63,200 bases of DNA, filler included, from Reclinomonas americana ATCC 50394 (GCA_048213135.1; 12 parts of 6 records of this genome joined end to end with filler, not necessarily neighbours in it), one strand, 5' to 3'; positions 23,619 to 36,746 are shown, numbered from the whole stretch's first letter. Numbers and translations are program-made. The notes: generated by a model not told the origin, from the letters alone.

Positions 23619-26302
23619 GGCAAACATACAGAAGCCAACAACATAATAGCGGGCATGAACGACAGGCTAATGTCCCCACGCTTAGATGCACACTACAGAG
23701 TACAAGAGCCAAATTTTGCACTATCGCTGCTCCGCTCTTCATCATGCTTCACTCTACCCTTGACCCATCAGTCTCAGCGTAACAGTACCGGATCTTCTCC
23801 TATGACCGCTACCCGAGGTATCCTTCCTTCCCTCCCTCCCCCCAGCTCTTCCCCTTCAGACTCTCTCCCTCCCCTTCCTTTCCCTTTTCCTTCCTCCCCT
23901 TCCCCATCACGCACCATACAATATTGTGAACTGCTTGGTGTACGTCAGCACGCCGTCGCTCACTTGCACAAACACTTGCAGTCGCCGACTCAGCGGCGGA
24001 GCCACCGAGATGGTCAGCTGATTACCACCAACTACACTGAAGAGTGCAGAGTGCACACCGCCCACAATGCTGAATGTCGGCGTCTGCCCCGTGTTGAGAT
24101 CCACCATGCTCAGCGTGCCCACTGTGAACGGCACCGTCGCACTCGAGTATGTCTGCGGACCCGACAGCAGAATGTCGCTCGGGCCAACAGTCCCTGCACA
24201 TTCACAAAGACAAAGGTTCAGCATTCTTTCTCAGTCTCCTCTCCCTCTCCCTCACTCTCTCTCTCTCCTTTCAAATGCACCATTCACCTCTCTGTTCAGC
24301 TCCTCTCTCTCTCCATCTCCCTTCTCCCTTCTCTCTGCCCTCACACTCTCCCTCTGCCCTCTCTCTCTATCTCTATCTCTCTTCCTTTCCCTGCTTCTCC
24401 CTTCCCTATTCTCCCTTCCCCTCAGTCTCACCAATCGCGAATGCCGACACCGCCACATATCCCTTGGCAGGCGTCCATCGTGTGCACAGCTCGTACGTGC
24501 CAACAGCAGCACCCGCCGCTCCAATCGTCAGCGTGATGCTGGTCGCACTACCGAATGTGCTGCTGACGGTAGAGCTGGCCACGGCTGTCGGCGGTGTTGT
24601 GGCGCCACAAAGGGGAGTGCCCAACACATACGCCGACGCATCCGCCGAGTTATTGAGCAGACCGGTTCCCGTCAGTGTAATCAACTGGCCAGCCAGTGCT
24701 GATACAAAGGTGGCTGACAGTGATGTCACATTAGGTGCTGCATGCAAAATGGGAAGGCAATCAGCATCATCATGCAAGAACACCTGACGCAGTCAGAACA
24801 GCACGCAACCAGCAATGTTGAGCGTCTGATCGAACGTCATGGCGGGATTGCCATTGTCGGTCGTGCGCACAATCACCACCAACGATGCCGTCACCCCCGC
24901 ACTCGCAAACTGCATCTGATTGCCAGACACAATCGTCACCAATGCGCTGCTCGCACCACCCACCACCGAATACGTGAACGACTGTTGCGAGTCCACATCA
25001 CTCGTGCTCATCGTGCCGATCGCCAGTCCCGCCGTGCTGGGCGGGATGTATGAGCTCGCACTCAATGTCACCGCCGTTGGTGCATTGTTCACTGACGGGA
25101 AGACTTGGTCAGCATCCACACCAAGAAACACACAACACTTTCACAGCGTGCCACTCACCCGACGTCACACTGAATGACTTGTCGACAAACATGGACGGCG
25201 TGCCGTTGTCAAACGAGCGGATCATGACAGCCAGTGGACTCGCCGACTGGCCCGCCGACGTGATCTGCAACTGTGCGCCGCTCAGGGAGAACACGTTGCT
25301 GTTCGCTCCTCCAGTGATGATGTACGTGTACGACTGGCTCCCATTGCTGTCGCTGGTGCTCATCGCACACACAGCCATGTTGGCCGTCGACGGTGCGACA
25401 TACGTGGATGAGCACACAATGTCGGTCGGCACGGAGTTGGAGGTGGTGAATGATAATGTAGAGCCGGTGAGAGTGCTGGGCACGGTGGAGGTGGAGATGG
25501 CACGAAAGTAGTACGTCCAGTTAGCGGCGAGCGATGTGAGTGACACAGAAAGGGCGGTGCTGGAGGCGACGCCGGAGGAGGCCGGGGTGGCCGTGACAGT
25601 GGTGGAGCCAATGGTAAGTCGGCGAATAGTATTGTTGGTGTATTCTACGCGCAAAAGAGTTGACAGTGAGCATCGCGTCAGTCTCACAATCTCCTACCGA
25701 CCGACCTCATACCTGCAATGTATAGTGTGGATGTCGCCGCATCGTACGCCATGTAATGCTGCGCTCAATATGATGCACATGAGATGCAAGCAGGGATTCG
25801 GACTCGCAAGTGAACAGAAACGACGGGGCGAACCGGCGCACTAAATCGAGCAGTCGTGAGAGGGCTCCCGTCAGCCGATCCACCTACTCCCGCAGCACCC
25901 GCGATTGTTGTGACAGCACCCGTGCTAATAACGATTTGACGGATTGTGTGGTTGGCCGCCTTTTAAGGATTGCACGTGATGAATCAGCGCAGACAGCAAG
26001 GATCACAGTGGAAATCGCAACTTCAGAGACGTATAGTACGCCTCGTCCTCGATCTAGCAAGATACCAACAGGTTGGTTGAAGCGGGCGGTAGTGCCTGCG
26101 GCATCTGTCCATCCCGAAGTCCCGGCGAGCGAGCCGGCCAGAGTCGACACAGTCATCGCCAGCATGTCGATTGCGCGAACGTTATTCCCATTACGATCAG
26201 CTGCTCGACACCATAGCATGAGATCCATTCCGCGCATAGAGGGCACCCACGCATTCTCAAACACACGCACGCACGCACACACGCACGCACGCGCACACAC
26301 AC

Positions 26303-26356
<54 letters not shown>

Positions 26357-29300
26357 GATCGCGCGCACCAACGTAAAGACGATTAGCCACTGAATCCAAT
26401 ACCACGCCAGCAGGTCCACCAAACTGTGCAGTGGCACACGCGCCGTCAACCGTTCCCGGCGTCCCAGGCGTACCACAGTACGTGGTGACCTCGCCGCCAT
26501 AGGTGATCTGCAGAGACGGCATGTAAGCGCGGCATACATATGGCAGCTGCAGATGTCCCTCTTTGTGAAACCCGCTGATTGAATGTTGCTTGCATACTTC
26601 GTCCCCTTCTCTTATCCCCCGCGCACTCAAGAGCACTCTCGATGAAACCACCCTCATCTCTCTCTCTTTCCCTTCTCTTATCTCTCTCTTTTCCGTTTCC
26701 CTTCCCGTCCCCTTTTCCCTTCCCTCTCCCCCCTCCTTCTCCCTCTCACTCTCTCTTTCCCTTCTCTTNNNNNNNNNNNNNNNNNNNNNNNNNNNNNNNN
26801 NNNNNNNNNNNNNNNNNNNNNNNNNNNNNNNNNNNNNNNNNNNNNNNNNNNNNNNNNNNNNNNNNNNNNNNNNNNNNNNNNNNNNNNNNNNNNNNNNNNN
26901 NNNNNNNNNNNNNNNNNNNNNNNNNNNNNNNNNNNNNNNNNNNNNNNNNNNNNNNNNNNNNNNNNNNNNNNNNNNNNNNNNNNNNNNNNNNNNNNNNNNN
27001 NNNNNNNNNNNNNNNNNNNNNNNNNNNNNNNNNNNNNNNNNNNNNNNNNNNNNNNNNNNNNNNNNNNNNNNNNNNNNNNNNNNNNNNNNNNNNNNNNNNN
27101 NNNNNNNNNNNNNNNNNNNNNNNNNNNNNNNNNNNNNNNNNNNNNNNNNNNNNNNNNNNNNNNNNNNNNNNNNNNNNNNNNNNNNNNNNNNNNNNNNNNN
27201 NNNNNNNNNNNNNNNNNNNNNNNNNNNNNNNNNNNNNNNNNNNNNNNNNNNNNNNNNNNNNNNNNNNNNNNNNNNNNNNNNNNNNNNNNNNNNNNNNNNN
27301 NNNNNNNNNNNNNNNNNNNNNNNNNNNNNNNNNNNNNNNNNNNNNNNNNNNNNNNNNNNNNNNNNNNNNNNNNNNNNNNNNNNNNNNNNNNNNNNNNNNN
27401 NNNNNNNNNNNNNNNNNNNNNNNNNNNNNNNNNNNNNNNNNNNNNNNNNNNNNNNNNNAACCCCTCTACTCTCTCTCTCTTCCTCTCTCTCTCTCTCTTC
27501 TTCCTCCTCCTTCCTCCTCTCCCTCCTCTCCTCTCTCTCTCTCTTCCTCTCTCTCTCTCTCTTCCTTCCTCCTCCTTCCTCCTCTCTCTCTCCTCTCCCT
27601 CTCCTCTCCCTCTCCCTTCCCTCTCCCTCTCCCTCTCCCTCTCCCTCTCCCTCTCCCTCTCCCTCTCCCTCTCCCTCACCCTCTCCCTCCCCCTCTCCCT
27701 CTCCCACGCACCTTCCTGACAGCCCTGTTAGTCCAGTCACCAACATACACGACTTTGTTGGCCGCATCAACCACAATGCCGTGCGGTTGGCTAAACCTCG
27801 CGCTCGATCCGGTTCCATTCGTCGAGCCAAATGACCCGTTGCCAGCCAGAGTAGACAAACTGCCGGAAGGAGTGCTCACACGAATAGCGTTATTCGATTG
27901 CTGGAAAGTACGGGAGTGAGCGACCGAAACGTCGTCAAACACACTCTCTTTTTCAGCAACAACGCAACATCAGTGATGTACATATACCCCGTCGTCAAGT
28001 CGATCGACAGGTCGGTGGGCGAGTTAAGCCGTGCAGCTGCGCCGATTCCATCGACAAGGCCCGACACTCCCGCAGTTCCCAGAAACGTCGACGTCACGCC
28101 TGCACTCGTCACTCGCCTGATCGTTTGATTGTTGTTATCGCACACAAATGCAGTGCCCGATGCATCCAAATCGATGCTCTGCCCAGTTGAGATGCACGCG
28201 ATGAAACACAGCGCTGCAACATCGTGAACGCACATGGTGCGAGGTACGAACCGTCACTCGATAGAGACGAGCAGCTGCTCCCGTGCCTTCCGTCGAGCCA
28301 GACATGCCCGCCGTGCCCAACCACGTCGATACCGCTGGCGTGACACCAAGAGCGGCCGCAGCAGGCGCCCACTCGAACGAGTTGCTTATTGTCGAGGCCG
28401 CCACAGAGTTGCCCACCACCGCGTTCAATGTCGCCGACGACGTGGTCACAATGCTGGTCGCCAGGGTGGCCAACGATTGGGTGGCTATGGCACACCGAAG
28501 AGGAAGCATTCAGCAAGAACACATCAAGGACGACGAGTAGAAGTAAAACAGGAAGAATAAGAAGAGGGAGATATAGGAGGAGGAAAAAAAGAATAAGAAC
28601 ATGCACAAATCAGGAAAAAGGCTGTGGCGATCGTGAAGGAGAAGAAACCGAAAAAAGGATGAGGAGGAAGAGAATGAGGAGGAGAACAAGAAGAAGATGG
28701 AGAAGGACAACAAGAAGAAGCACAGATGGATGAAGAAGAAGAGAAGAGCAAGAGAAACAAGGAGTCAAGAAGAAGAAGACGAAGAAAAAGAAGAACATGA
28801 AGGACAAGAACAAGAACAAGAAGAAGGACAAGGAGACACAGACAGCGAGACAGTGACAATTCATCACCCCGTTTGTCTCACCCGTAATGATGGTGAACGC
28901 CTTGTCAAAGAACAGCACCGGCGATCCATTGTCTGTCGACCGGATCGTCACCGCCAGCGAGCTGCCCGTCTGCCCCGCCGCCACAATCACCAGTGACTGC
29001 CCGCTGATCGAAAACACTGCGCTGTTGGCGCCACCGACAATCGAGTACGTGAACGACTGGCCCACATTCGCGTCCGTCGTCTGCAGCGCACACACGACTT
29101 GATTCGCTACCGACGGCGACACATACGTCGTCGATGAGCAGCTGATGTCGGTCGGAGCCACATTGGTGGTGGTGGTGAATGACACGGTGGCGCCGTTGAT
29201 GGTGCTGGGTGTGGAAGTGACACCGACGGCGCGATAGTAGAACGTCCAGTTGCTCGCCAGGCCAGTCAATGAGGCGGTGATTGACGAGGCCAGGGAGCCA

Positions 29301-31137
29301 GTGGAGGTGGCGGGAGTGGCCGACACCGACTGCGACGCCAGCGAGAGGCGCCGAATGGTGTGATTGCTGAAGTCGGAAATAAGCAACGATGCAGATGAGG
29401 CATCGAAGGCGAGGTAGAAAGGTGAGGTGAAGCGTGCCACGGTCAGAGCGCTGCCGTTGGCAGAGCCACCCATGCCTACCGCGCCAGCAATGATGCTCAC
29501 TGACGAATCTGACAGTCGGATGCTTCGTACGATTCTGTTGCCAGCCTGCGGAGCTCAGGCAGTCAGCATCACGAAGCGAGATGCTCAAGAGTGTGGGGAG
29601 GTACACAACATCGGCAACATAGACGACGTTGTTTCCTGCGTCGTATGCCAGTCCCACGGGCGTGTTGAAACGGGCAGCCGTTCCTGGCGTGCATCTTTCA
29701 GCAAGAGTGCAAACAATCACACATGATGATAAACTCACCTGTGGCATCCGTGGATCCAGAGGTGCCACTTGTCGAGCCCGCCACCGTTGTCAGCGTCATC
29801 GCTACAGTGTCGATAGCGCGGATGGAGTTGTTATTGCGATCGACTGCACTCACGCATCAAGCAGAAGGCGCACATGAGGATGGGAGAGAATGGCCTCCCT
29901 TGCACCACACAGCGCTCACCAACATACAGCGTGGATCCGACGAGAAGAACCCGACTGGGACCACCGAACCGCGCAGTTCCCGCACACGCACCATCGGCAG
30001 TGCCACTCACGCCCGTAGAGCCACAGAAGGTCGTCACCACACCCGCGTAGGTCACTCGCCGAATGGTGTTGTTGAGATAGTCGCCCACATACACCACCTG
30101 ATTCGTGGCATCCACCGTCACTCCCGCCGGCTGATTGAAGGAGGCGGCTGTGCCCGTGGCATCGGCACTCCCCGATGCCCCATTGCCCGCCAGTGTGGTG
30201 ACCACGGCTGCTGAGGTGACCGCACGCACAGCGTAGTTCGGCAACTGCGGAATAGAGACAACATGCAGAGTTAGAATGCGTGAAGCATCACACGTGATAA
30301 TGCATGCATGCCAGCACACACTCACGTCGGCGACATAGATGATGCCAGTGGTTTGGTCGATGGCGAGGGCGGCGATACTGTGAGTGTGCTGGGTGAGGGG
30401 AGGGAGAGGGGTGTAGAGGAGAGGAGAGGAGAGGAGAGGAGAGGAGAGGAGAGAGACCGCACCTATTGTTGAACTGCGCTGCCACTCCAGTGCCATCTGC
30501 AAAGCCGCATGTGGTGCCAGCAAAAGTTGTCACAGTGGCAGCGGGGGTGATGCGTCGTATGCGACAGTTGCTGCCATTGTCATCATCGTGAGAAGCGCTG
30601 CGACGAACCAAGGACAGATTTCGAGCATGACAAACCCGTTGTCGCCCACATACAAGTTGCCCGTGGCGTCCAAGGCGAGTCCCTGTTGCGAGAGCACATT
30701 CACAGTGTCGGGTTACATCATCACACAAGAAGAAGCGCGCGCGACAAGATCTGTACATGTTATTCACCATCGGATTTGTGAATCGTGCACTTGCGCCAAC
30801 GCCGTCCGTCGCTCCCGAGGAGGCTGTTGTGCCCGCAAAGGCGGAGACAGTGGAAGTGGAGACACCAATGGCGGCAGAGAAGGGCGACCACTCGAAAGAG
30901 TTTGTGGTGCCACCGGCGACATTGTTGGGATTGACCCACGCATTCAGAGTGGCTGTGGTGCCAGTGATGTTGTTGGCGACGGCGGTGGTGACTGTCTGGG
31001 CGTCTGCGGGTGGATGGGGAGGTGTGAGGACGTGAGGTGTGGCAACATGTGCACCGAAACACACACACACGCGCGCAACTTGCATGGACAGAGAGTGCGA
31101 GAATGACGATGAGGGCTATACTGAAGGGCACGCGCAT
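22334..31137 (-). CDS. Large secreted adhesin-like protein: signal peptide, 2x[Fn3-like/NHL propeller/cadherin-like], cadherin-like, IPT/TIG-like, cadherin-like, PAN/apple domains
   Basis: Signal peptide [19 protein letters not shown]. Many NHL repeats (G-x-x-DG-x-G-x-x-ARF-x-x-P-x-G-x-x-x-D; NxxIRR). Cadherin-like units NxAPTDI..S..Y...TxD....[15 protein letters not shown]...IRxTDNGxP...D..F. PAN units DRPGG...C...C.....C.SWTF....C..K. Many short GT-AG introns splice in frame. Confidence 0.85.
23200..23630. repeat. (GACA)n/(TACA)n microsatellite in intron
   Basis: Directly visible. Confidence 0.95.
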
Positions 31138-31251
31138 GCTGAAAGCACGAGTGTGTGTGAGAGAGAGGAGAGACAAGTCGTGTACTCTCACGTGGGAAAG
31201 GTGAACAGAAAACGGTTGAAACTCTGAATTTGGCGGCAAAATGCACTTAAA

Positions 31252-31355
31252 TTAATCTTTTTCTTCATCCCCGGTGCAGTCCCCGCTCGTCGCACACGCG
31301 GTCGCAATCGACGTGGTTACTACGATACTCGACGACACACACACAATGCTTTGTC
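31252..31355 (-). pseudogene. Degenerate duplicate of the last (PAN) exon of the adhesin gene
   Basis: Encodes [18 protein letters not shown], versus [19 protein letters not shown] at 22340-22410. It is nucleotide-similar, but the upstream PAN cysteine pattern is eroded. Confidence 0.7.
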
Positions 31356-32047
31356 TAGGTTGCCGCTGGCGGATAATCGCGAGCACCGCAGTGCGTACTT
31401 TGTAGTGTGTGTACATGTAAGTGATGCCATGGTCATCAATCACAATCCTCTCAACACTCACTCATGCTCGTCTGGATCCATGGCTGCTGTATCACAATGC
31501 ACTTCTGCGGCAAGTCCAACCAGCAGCTCTCTCCTCNNNNNNNNNNNNNNNNNNNNNNNNNNNNNNNNNNNNNNNNNNNNTTAATTAATTAANNNNNNNN
31601 NNNNNNNNNNNNNNNNNNNNNNNNNNNNNNNNNNNNAAGAAGGAGGAAAGTGGGAAGGGAGTTGAGGGGAAAGGCATCAAAGGGCAGTGAGGTAAGTGAG
31701 AAGAGAATCAAGGGCAAGAGTCAAAAAAGGGAGTCAAAGGAAAGGATCTGAAGGAAAGGAGAAACGGGGCGTTAGGAAGTGAACAAACGGAGAGGGAGGA
31801 AAGTGGAAAGGGAGGTCAGCAGGAAGGCATTCCAGGGAAAGAGAGGCAAAGGGAGTCGAGAAGAAGAGAGGTAAGCGGGAAGAGAATCAGGGAGTAAAGG
31901 GAAGAAGGAGAGAGCTAATGGGAGCGTCACTGACAATGGAGCCTTGGGAAGGAGACTAACGCAAGGGAGGCGGGGTGGAAGCAACAGAGCGAGATTGAGT
32001 GGGAATACTCATTCCCCCCCCCCTTCCCTTCTTCGCCCACCACTCAC

Positions 32048-33915
32048 CTGTCCGTACCACACATAGTTCAACACCGTAATGGCAATGCCGAGGGCGTACA
32101 GGAAGCCGGAGAGCACCAGCAGAATCACTTTCCACCACGTGCTGTTCTCCGCCTTGTCCACCATCCAGTCGTTCAGCCAGGTGGCAAACTCAAAGAGAAT
32201 CACAATTTGCGCCAGCAGGAAGATCACGGACAGCACCAGCGCCGCATACGCGTAGCGCTCAAAGTGCGCATTGTCGATGAACACCGTAGCGATGATGAGG
32301 CCGACGAGGAACACGAACTTCCAGTAGAACAGGCGCAGCTGGAACCAGCGACCGAACTTCTGACCGCCGATTGGCAGGTTGAACAGGAGGTGGATGGCGA
32401 AGAAGACCTGGGGTAGAAAGGGAAGGGTGGTGAGAGGGAAGGGAGGGGGGAGAGGAGAAGGGTGGAAAGCGAGGGGAAGGGTGGAAAGGGAGGAAGTGCA
32501 GAAGGCGACGCAGGGAAAGGGGAGTAATCGATGTGGACCAGGGTGACGAGTTCACAGAACGAAGAGAGGAGCACAGCAAGAAAGAGTAGGGACGCAGGCA
32601 AGGCAGAGGAGGGACGCACGTGATACAGAGCGCAATCGAAAGCAACGCAGAGCGCAAGCGAAAGCAACGCAGAGCGCAAGCGAAAGCAACGCAGAGCGCA
32701 AGCGAAAGCAACGCAGAGCGCAAGTGAAAGCAACGCAGAGCGCAAGTGAAAGCAACGCAGAGCGCAAGCGAAAGCAACGCAGAGCGCAAGCGAAAGCAAC
32801 GCAGAGCGCAAGCAAAGGCAACGCAGAGCGCAAGTGCAGGCAACGCAGAGCGCAAGCAAAAGCCACGCAGACCGCAAGCGAAAGCAACGCAGACCGCAAG
32901 CGATGCAAGAGCAGAAGCGCAAGCGATGCAAGAGCAGGAGCGCAAGCGATGCAAGAGCAGGAGCGCAAGCGATGCAAGAGCAGAAGCGCAAGCGAACAAC
33001 GGGAGTGCAAGCGACGCAGAGCAGAAGCGCAAGCGATAGAGCAGGAGCGCAAGCGATAGAGCAGGAGCGCGGCGACGAAGAGCAGAAAGGCAGACAACGC
33101 AGAGCAGAAGAGTAGGCGATGTAGAGCACAAGTAAAGGCAACGTGAAGATGGAGTCACGAACTGGAGAACCAGGACGAGCGCAGCTGACTCAGGAGTCAT
33201 CAAGAGGATCTCTTTCGGACGCAACAACCAAGGCAAAGCTCACACGGAACGTGCCGAGCACATCGTAGCACGTGTCGGTCTGGCAGCTTGTGAATCCTGC
33301 TCGCCGTCGGGCACGCCAGAATCAGCGACTGTTTTGCTCACTCAGCCTCATCGCGTTGCACTCACCACTGATGCGCTTGAGCAACCCAAACAGCCCGTCG
33401 CGGAATAAACAGCAGAGCACGAAGCCGAGCACCAGGAAGGCCAAGTAGATGAGCTGCGGCAGCATGAGTGCACATATATACGCAGAGTGGAGTAGACTAT
33501 ACGGAAGCCGACAACGCAACGCGAGACGGGATCTTGATGCAGCAGCAAAAGGTCACCATGTCCGACGTGTCGTCGTCATCGTAGTCCTATGACACGCAAA
33601 GAGAAGCACGGACATTATGAATTCTGGCGTCAGTCTTCATGTGATAAGAAAGGATGAGAGCGAGGAAGCGGAGACTGAGCACACTCCGCATGCCAATCAC
33701 AGAGCGCAGAGTCGAGTGTTGAGACGATGTGGGAAAGGCAGCTAGGCTCCGCGCCCAAATGATTCCTTCTCGCTCTTCGCTCACTCTATATATCTTTTTG
33801 ACTGTACCTTGCTCGACTTCCCACGAGACTTGCCACCTCCCGACGCATTGTTGTCCTCCACATCGCGTGCTCCTCCGCGACTCATCGTCGCCATCTCGGC
33901 AGTCGCGTCAGGCAT
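32048..33915 (-). CDS. SERINC: SERINC/TMS (serine incorporator) family membrane protein, N-terminal half (remainder lost in gap)
   Basis: Spliced exons give FCCCIKIPSR-LIYLAFLVLG...SCQTDTCYDVLGTFRVSFAL-VFFAIH...FYWKFVFLVGLIIATVFI...IFLLAQIVILFEFATWLNDWMV...WWKVILLVLSGFLY...VLNYVWY. This matches the SERINC (C..G..RV.F; W..K; F.L.Q...L..FA..WN..W) pattern. Confidence 0.85.
32625..33075. repeat. Intronic minisatellite, 22-23 bp units (GCAGAGCGCAAGCGAAAGCAAC then GCAAGCGATGCAAGAGCAGGAGC)
   Basis: Directly visible, ~19 units with a switch in unit type. Confidence 0.9.
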
Positions 33916-34188
33916 GTCTGTCTCGCGAGAGAGAGAGGGGAAGGGAGGGAAGGGAGGGAAGGGAGGGAAGGGAGGGAAGGGAGGGAAGGGAGGGAAGGGA
34001 GGGAAGGGAGGGAAGGGAGTGAGCGAGTGAGAGAGTGAGTGAGTGAGTGAGTGAGTGAGTGAGAGAGTGAGTGAGTGTGTGTGTGTGTGTGCGTGTGTGG
34101 AAGAGTGCGTGGAAGAGTGTGTGGACAGTGTGTGAGTGAGTGTGTGGAACAGTGTGCGAGTGAGTGAGTGGAAGAGTGAGTGTGTGCG

Positions 34189-34243
<55 letters not shown>

Positions 34244-34378
34244 TGTGAGAGAGAGGAGAGAGAAGACACAANNNNNNNNNNNNNNNNNNNNNNNNNNNNN
34301 NNNNNNNNNNNNNNNTTAATTAATTAANNNNNNNNNNNNNNNNNNNNNNNNNNNNNNNNNNNNNNNNNNNNCACACAC

Positions 34379-36517
34379 ATGGCCGGCGCCTTTGCACCCC
34401 CCATCCGCGGCATCGGCGCCTCCCCCTCCACTGTCTTCCGCCAGGCCGTGCAACGCGGCGACGTGCACACAGGCCGCCTCCTCCTCGCCCTCGCCAGCCT
34501 GCCCAGTGAGTCGCCCGAGCACGTCGACTTTGACCCCGCCATGCACCACGACGAGGCGCTACGCTACGCCGCACGCCACGGCCACGCCGAGCTCGTATCG
34601 CTGCTGCTGCAAGACGAGCGCGTCGATCCGATGGTGCACAACGGACAGCCACTGTGCGAGGCCGCCTCGCACGGCCACCTCCACGTGGTGTCGCTGCTGC
34701 TGGCCGACGAGCGAGTCGACCCCGCCATCGACGGCAACCGCGCCCTGCGCATGGCCGCGCGCTACGGCCACCTCCCCGTCGTCCGCCTCCTCATCACCGA
34801 CCCGCGCGTCTGCACCGTCGCCGCACAGGAGCCCCTCCGCGCAGCCGCCTCCGCCGGCCACATTGACATTGTACGCCTGCTCCTGCAACGCGACCGGCGC
34901 GTCGATCCCGTCTACGCACTCCTCGACGCCGCCGATCGCAACCACCACCAGCTCCTCCACTTGCTGCTCACCGACGCGCGCGTGCACGTCGACGACCGGC
35001 CCCTGCGACAAGCCCTCCGCGCAGCACGCGGACGCCGCGAGTTCGCCAGCCTCGTACACCGCGCCTGCGCCACCGCCTCCTCCTGGGACACCGTCAAAGA
35101 CAGCGCCGCAATGTGCATCCAGCTGCTGCTCGGCTCACTNNNNNNNNNNNNNNNNNNNNNNNNNNNNNNNNNNNNNNNNNNNNNNNNNNNNNNNNNNNNN
35201 NNNNNNNNNNNNNNNNNNNNNNNNNNNNNNNNNNNNNNNNNNNNNNNNNNNNNNNNNNNNNNNNNNNNNNNNNNNNNNNNNNNNNNNNNNNNNNNNNNNN
35301 NNNNNNNNNNNNNNNNNNNNNNNNNNNNNNNNNNNNNNNNNNNNNNNNNNNNNNNNNNNNNNNNNNNNNNNNNNNNNNNNNNNNNNNNNNNNNNNNNNNN
35401 NNNNNNNNNNNNNNNNNNNNNNNNNNNNNNNNNNNNNNNNNNNNNNNNNNNNNNNNNNNNNNNNNNNNNNNNNNNNNNNNNNNNNNNNNNNNNNNNNNNN
35501 NNNNNNNNNNNNNNNNNNNNNNNNNNNNNNNNNNNNNNNNNNNNNNNNNNNNNNNNNNNNNNNNNNNNNNNNNNNNNNNNNNNNNNNNNNNNNNNNNNNN
35601 NNNNNNNNNNNNNNNNNNNNNNNNNNNNNNNNNNNNNNNNNNNNNNNNNNNNNNNNNNNNNNNNNNNNNNNNNNNNNNNNNNNNNNNNNNNNNNNNNNNN
35701 NNNNNNNNNNNNNNNNNNNNNNNNNNNNNNNNNNNNNNNNNNNNNNNNNNNNNNNNNNNNNNNNNNNNNNNNNNNNNNNNNNNNNNNNNNNNNNNNNNNN
35801 NNNNNNNNNNNNNNNNNNNNNNNNNNNNNNNNNNNNNNNNNNNNNNNNNNNNNNNNNNNNNNNNNNNNNNNNNNNNNNNNNNNNNNNNNNNNNNNNNNNN
35901 NNNNNNNNNNNNNNNNNNNNNNNNNNNNNNNNNNNNNNNNNNNNNNNNNNNNNNNNNNNNNNNNNNNNNNNNNNNNNNNNNNNNNNNNNNNNNNNNNNNN
36001 NNNNNNNNNNNNNNNNNNNNNNNNNNNNNNNNNNNNNNNNNNNNNNGTGCCACTGCGACGACATCGGCGACGTCTGTGACGAGGTGCGTTTCTTCGCGCG
36101 CAAAAAAGCCGTTTCCACGCTCATTGCGCGCAACAGGAACGGCACTGGATCTCGCAATGCCGCCTGCTCGCTGCGGCCGTTGAGCACGACACGGACTTGG
36201 CCGGCGGTTGCCTGCAGCCCAGCACATGGCGATTACCCACAGTCAAACAAGCATGCGCACCGCCTCCTCTGCTCATGCTCTTGCGCGATATTGAGACACA
36301 CCCGCGTCGCATTCGCGATTTGTGTCGCGTGTGGCACTGCAAGAGTAGTAGTGTGGTTAGTGAGCTTGTGTGGAGCGCGCATGGCGTGTTGCACCTGCTC
36401 ACGCGTCGATATCGACGGCGTGCGTTGCTGTTTCATGTGTATGTGCATGTGTTGCCGAGGTATGCGGTGGAGGTGTTGCCGGATGATTTGTGGTTGATTG
36501 TGTTGCAGTTTGTGTGA
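34379..36517 (+). CDS. Ankyrin-repeat protein with putative C-terminal F-box-like motif (interrupted by a ~900-nt gap)
   Basis: Repeats ALRYAARHGHAELVSLLLQDERVDP / PLCEAASHGHLHVVSLLLADERVDP / ALRMAARYGHLPVVRLL at 34550-34990. The post-gap ORF ends in VLPDDLWLIVLQFV-stop. Linkage across the gap is inferred. Confidence 0.75.
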
Positions 36518-36709
36518 TAATGAAGTGTGTGTCCTGTGTTATTCACACACTCTCGCTGTCTTGAGAGGAAGCTTCTTCTTCATTGTGTGTGTGTGTTTGT
36601 CTGTCATGAATCTTCGGAAAAACTCGTCTGTGGCGGGCACATTTTGGGAGAATGCGTTTCAGCTGTCTCTGGTGGCGCCCTCTGAGTCGCTCGCCGATTG
36701 TGTGGGAGT

Positions 36710-36746
<37 letters not shown>

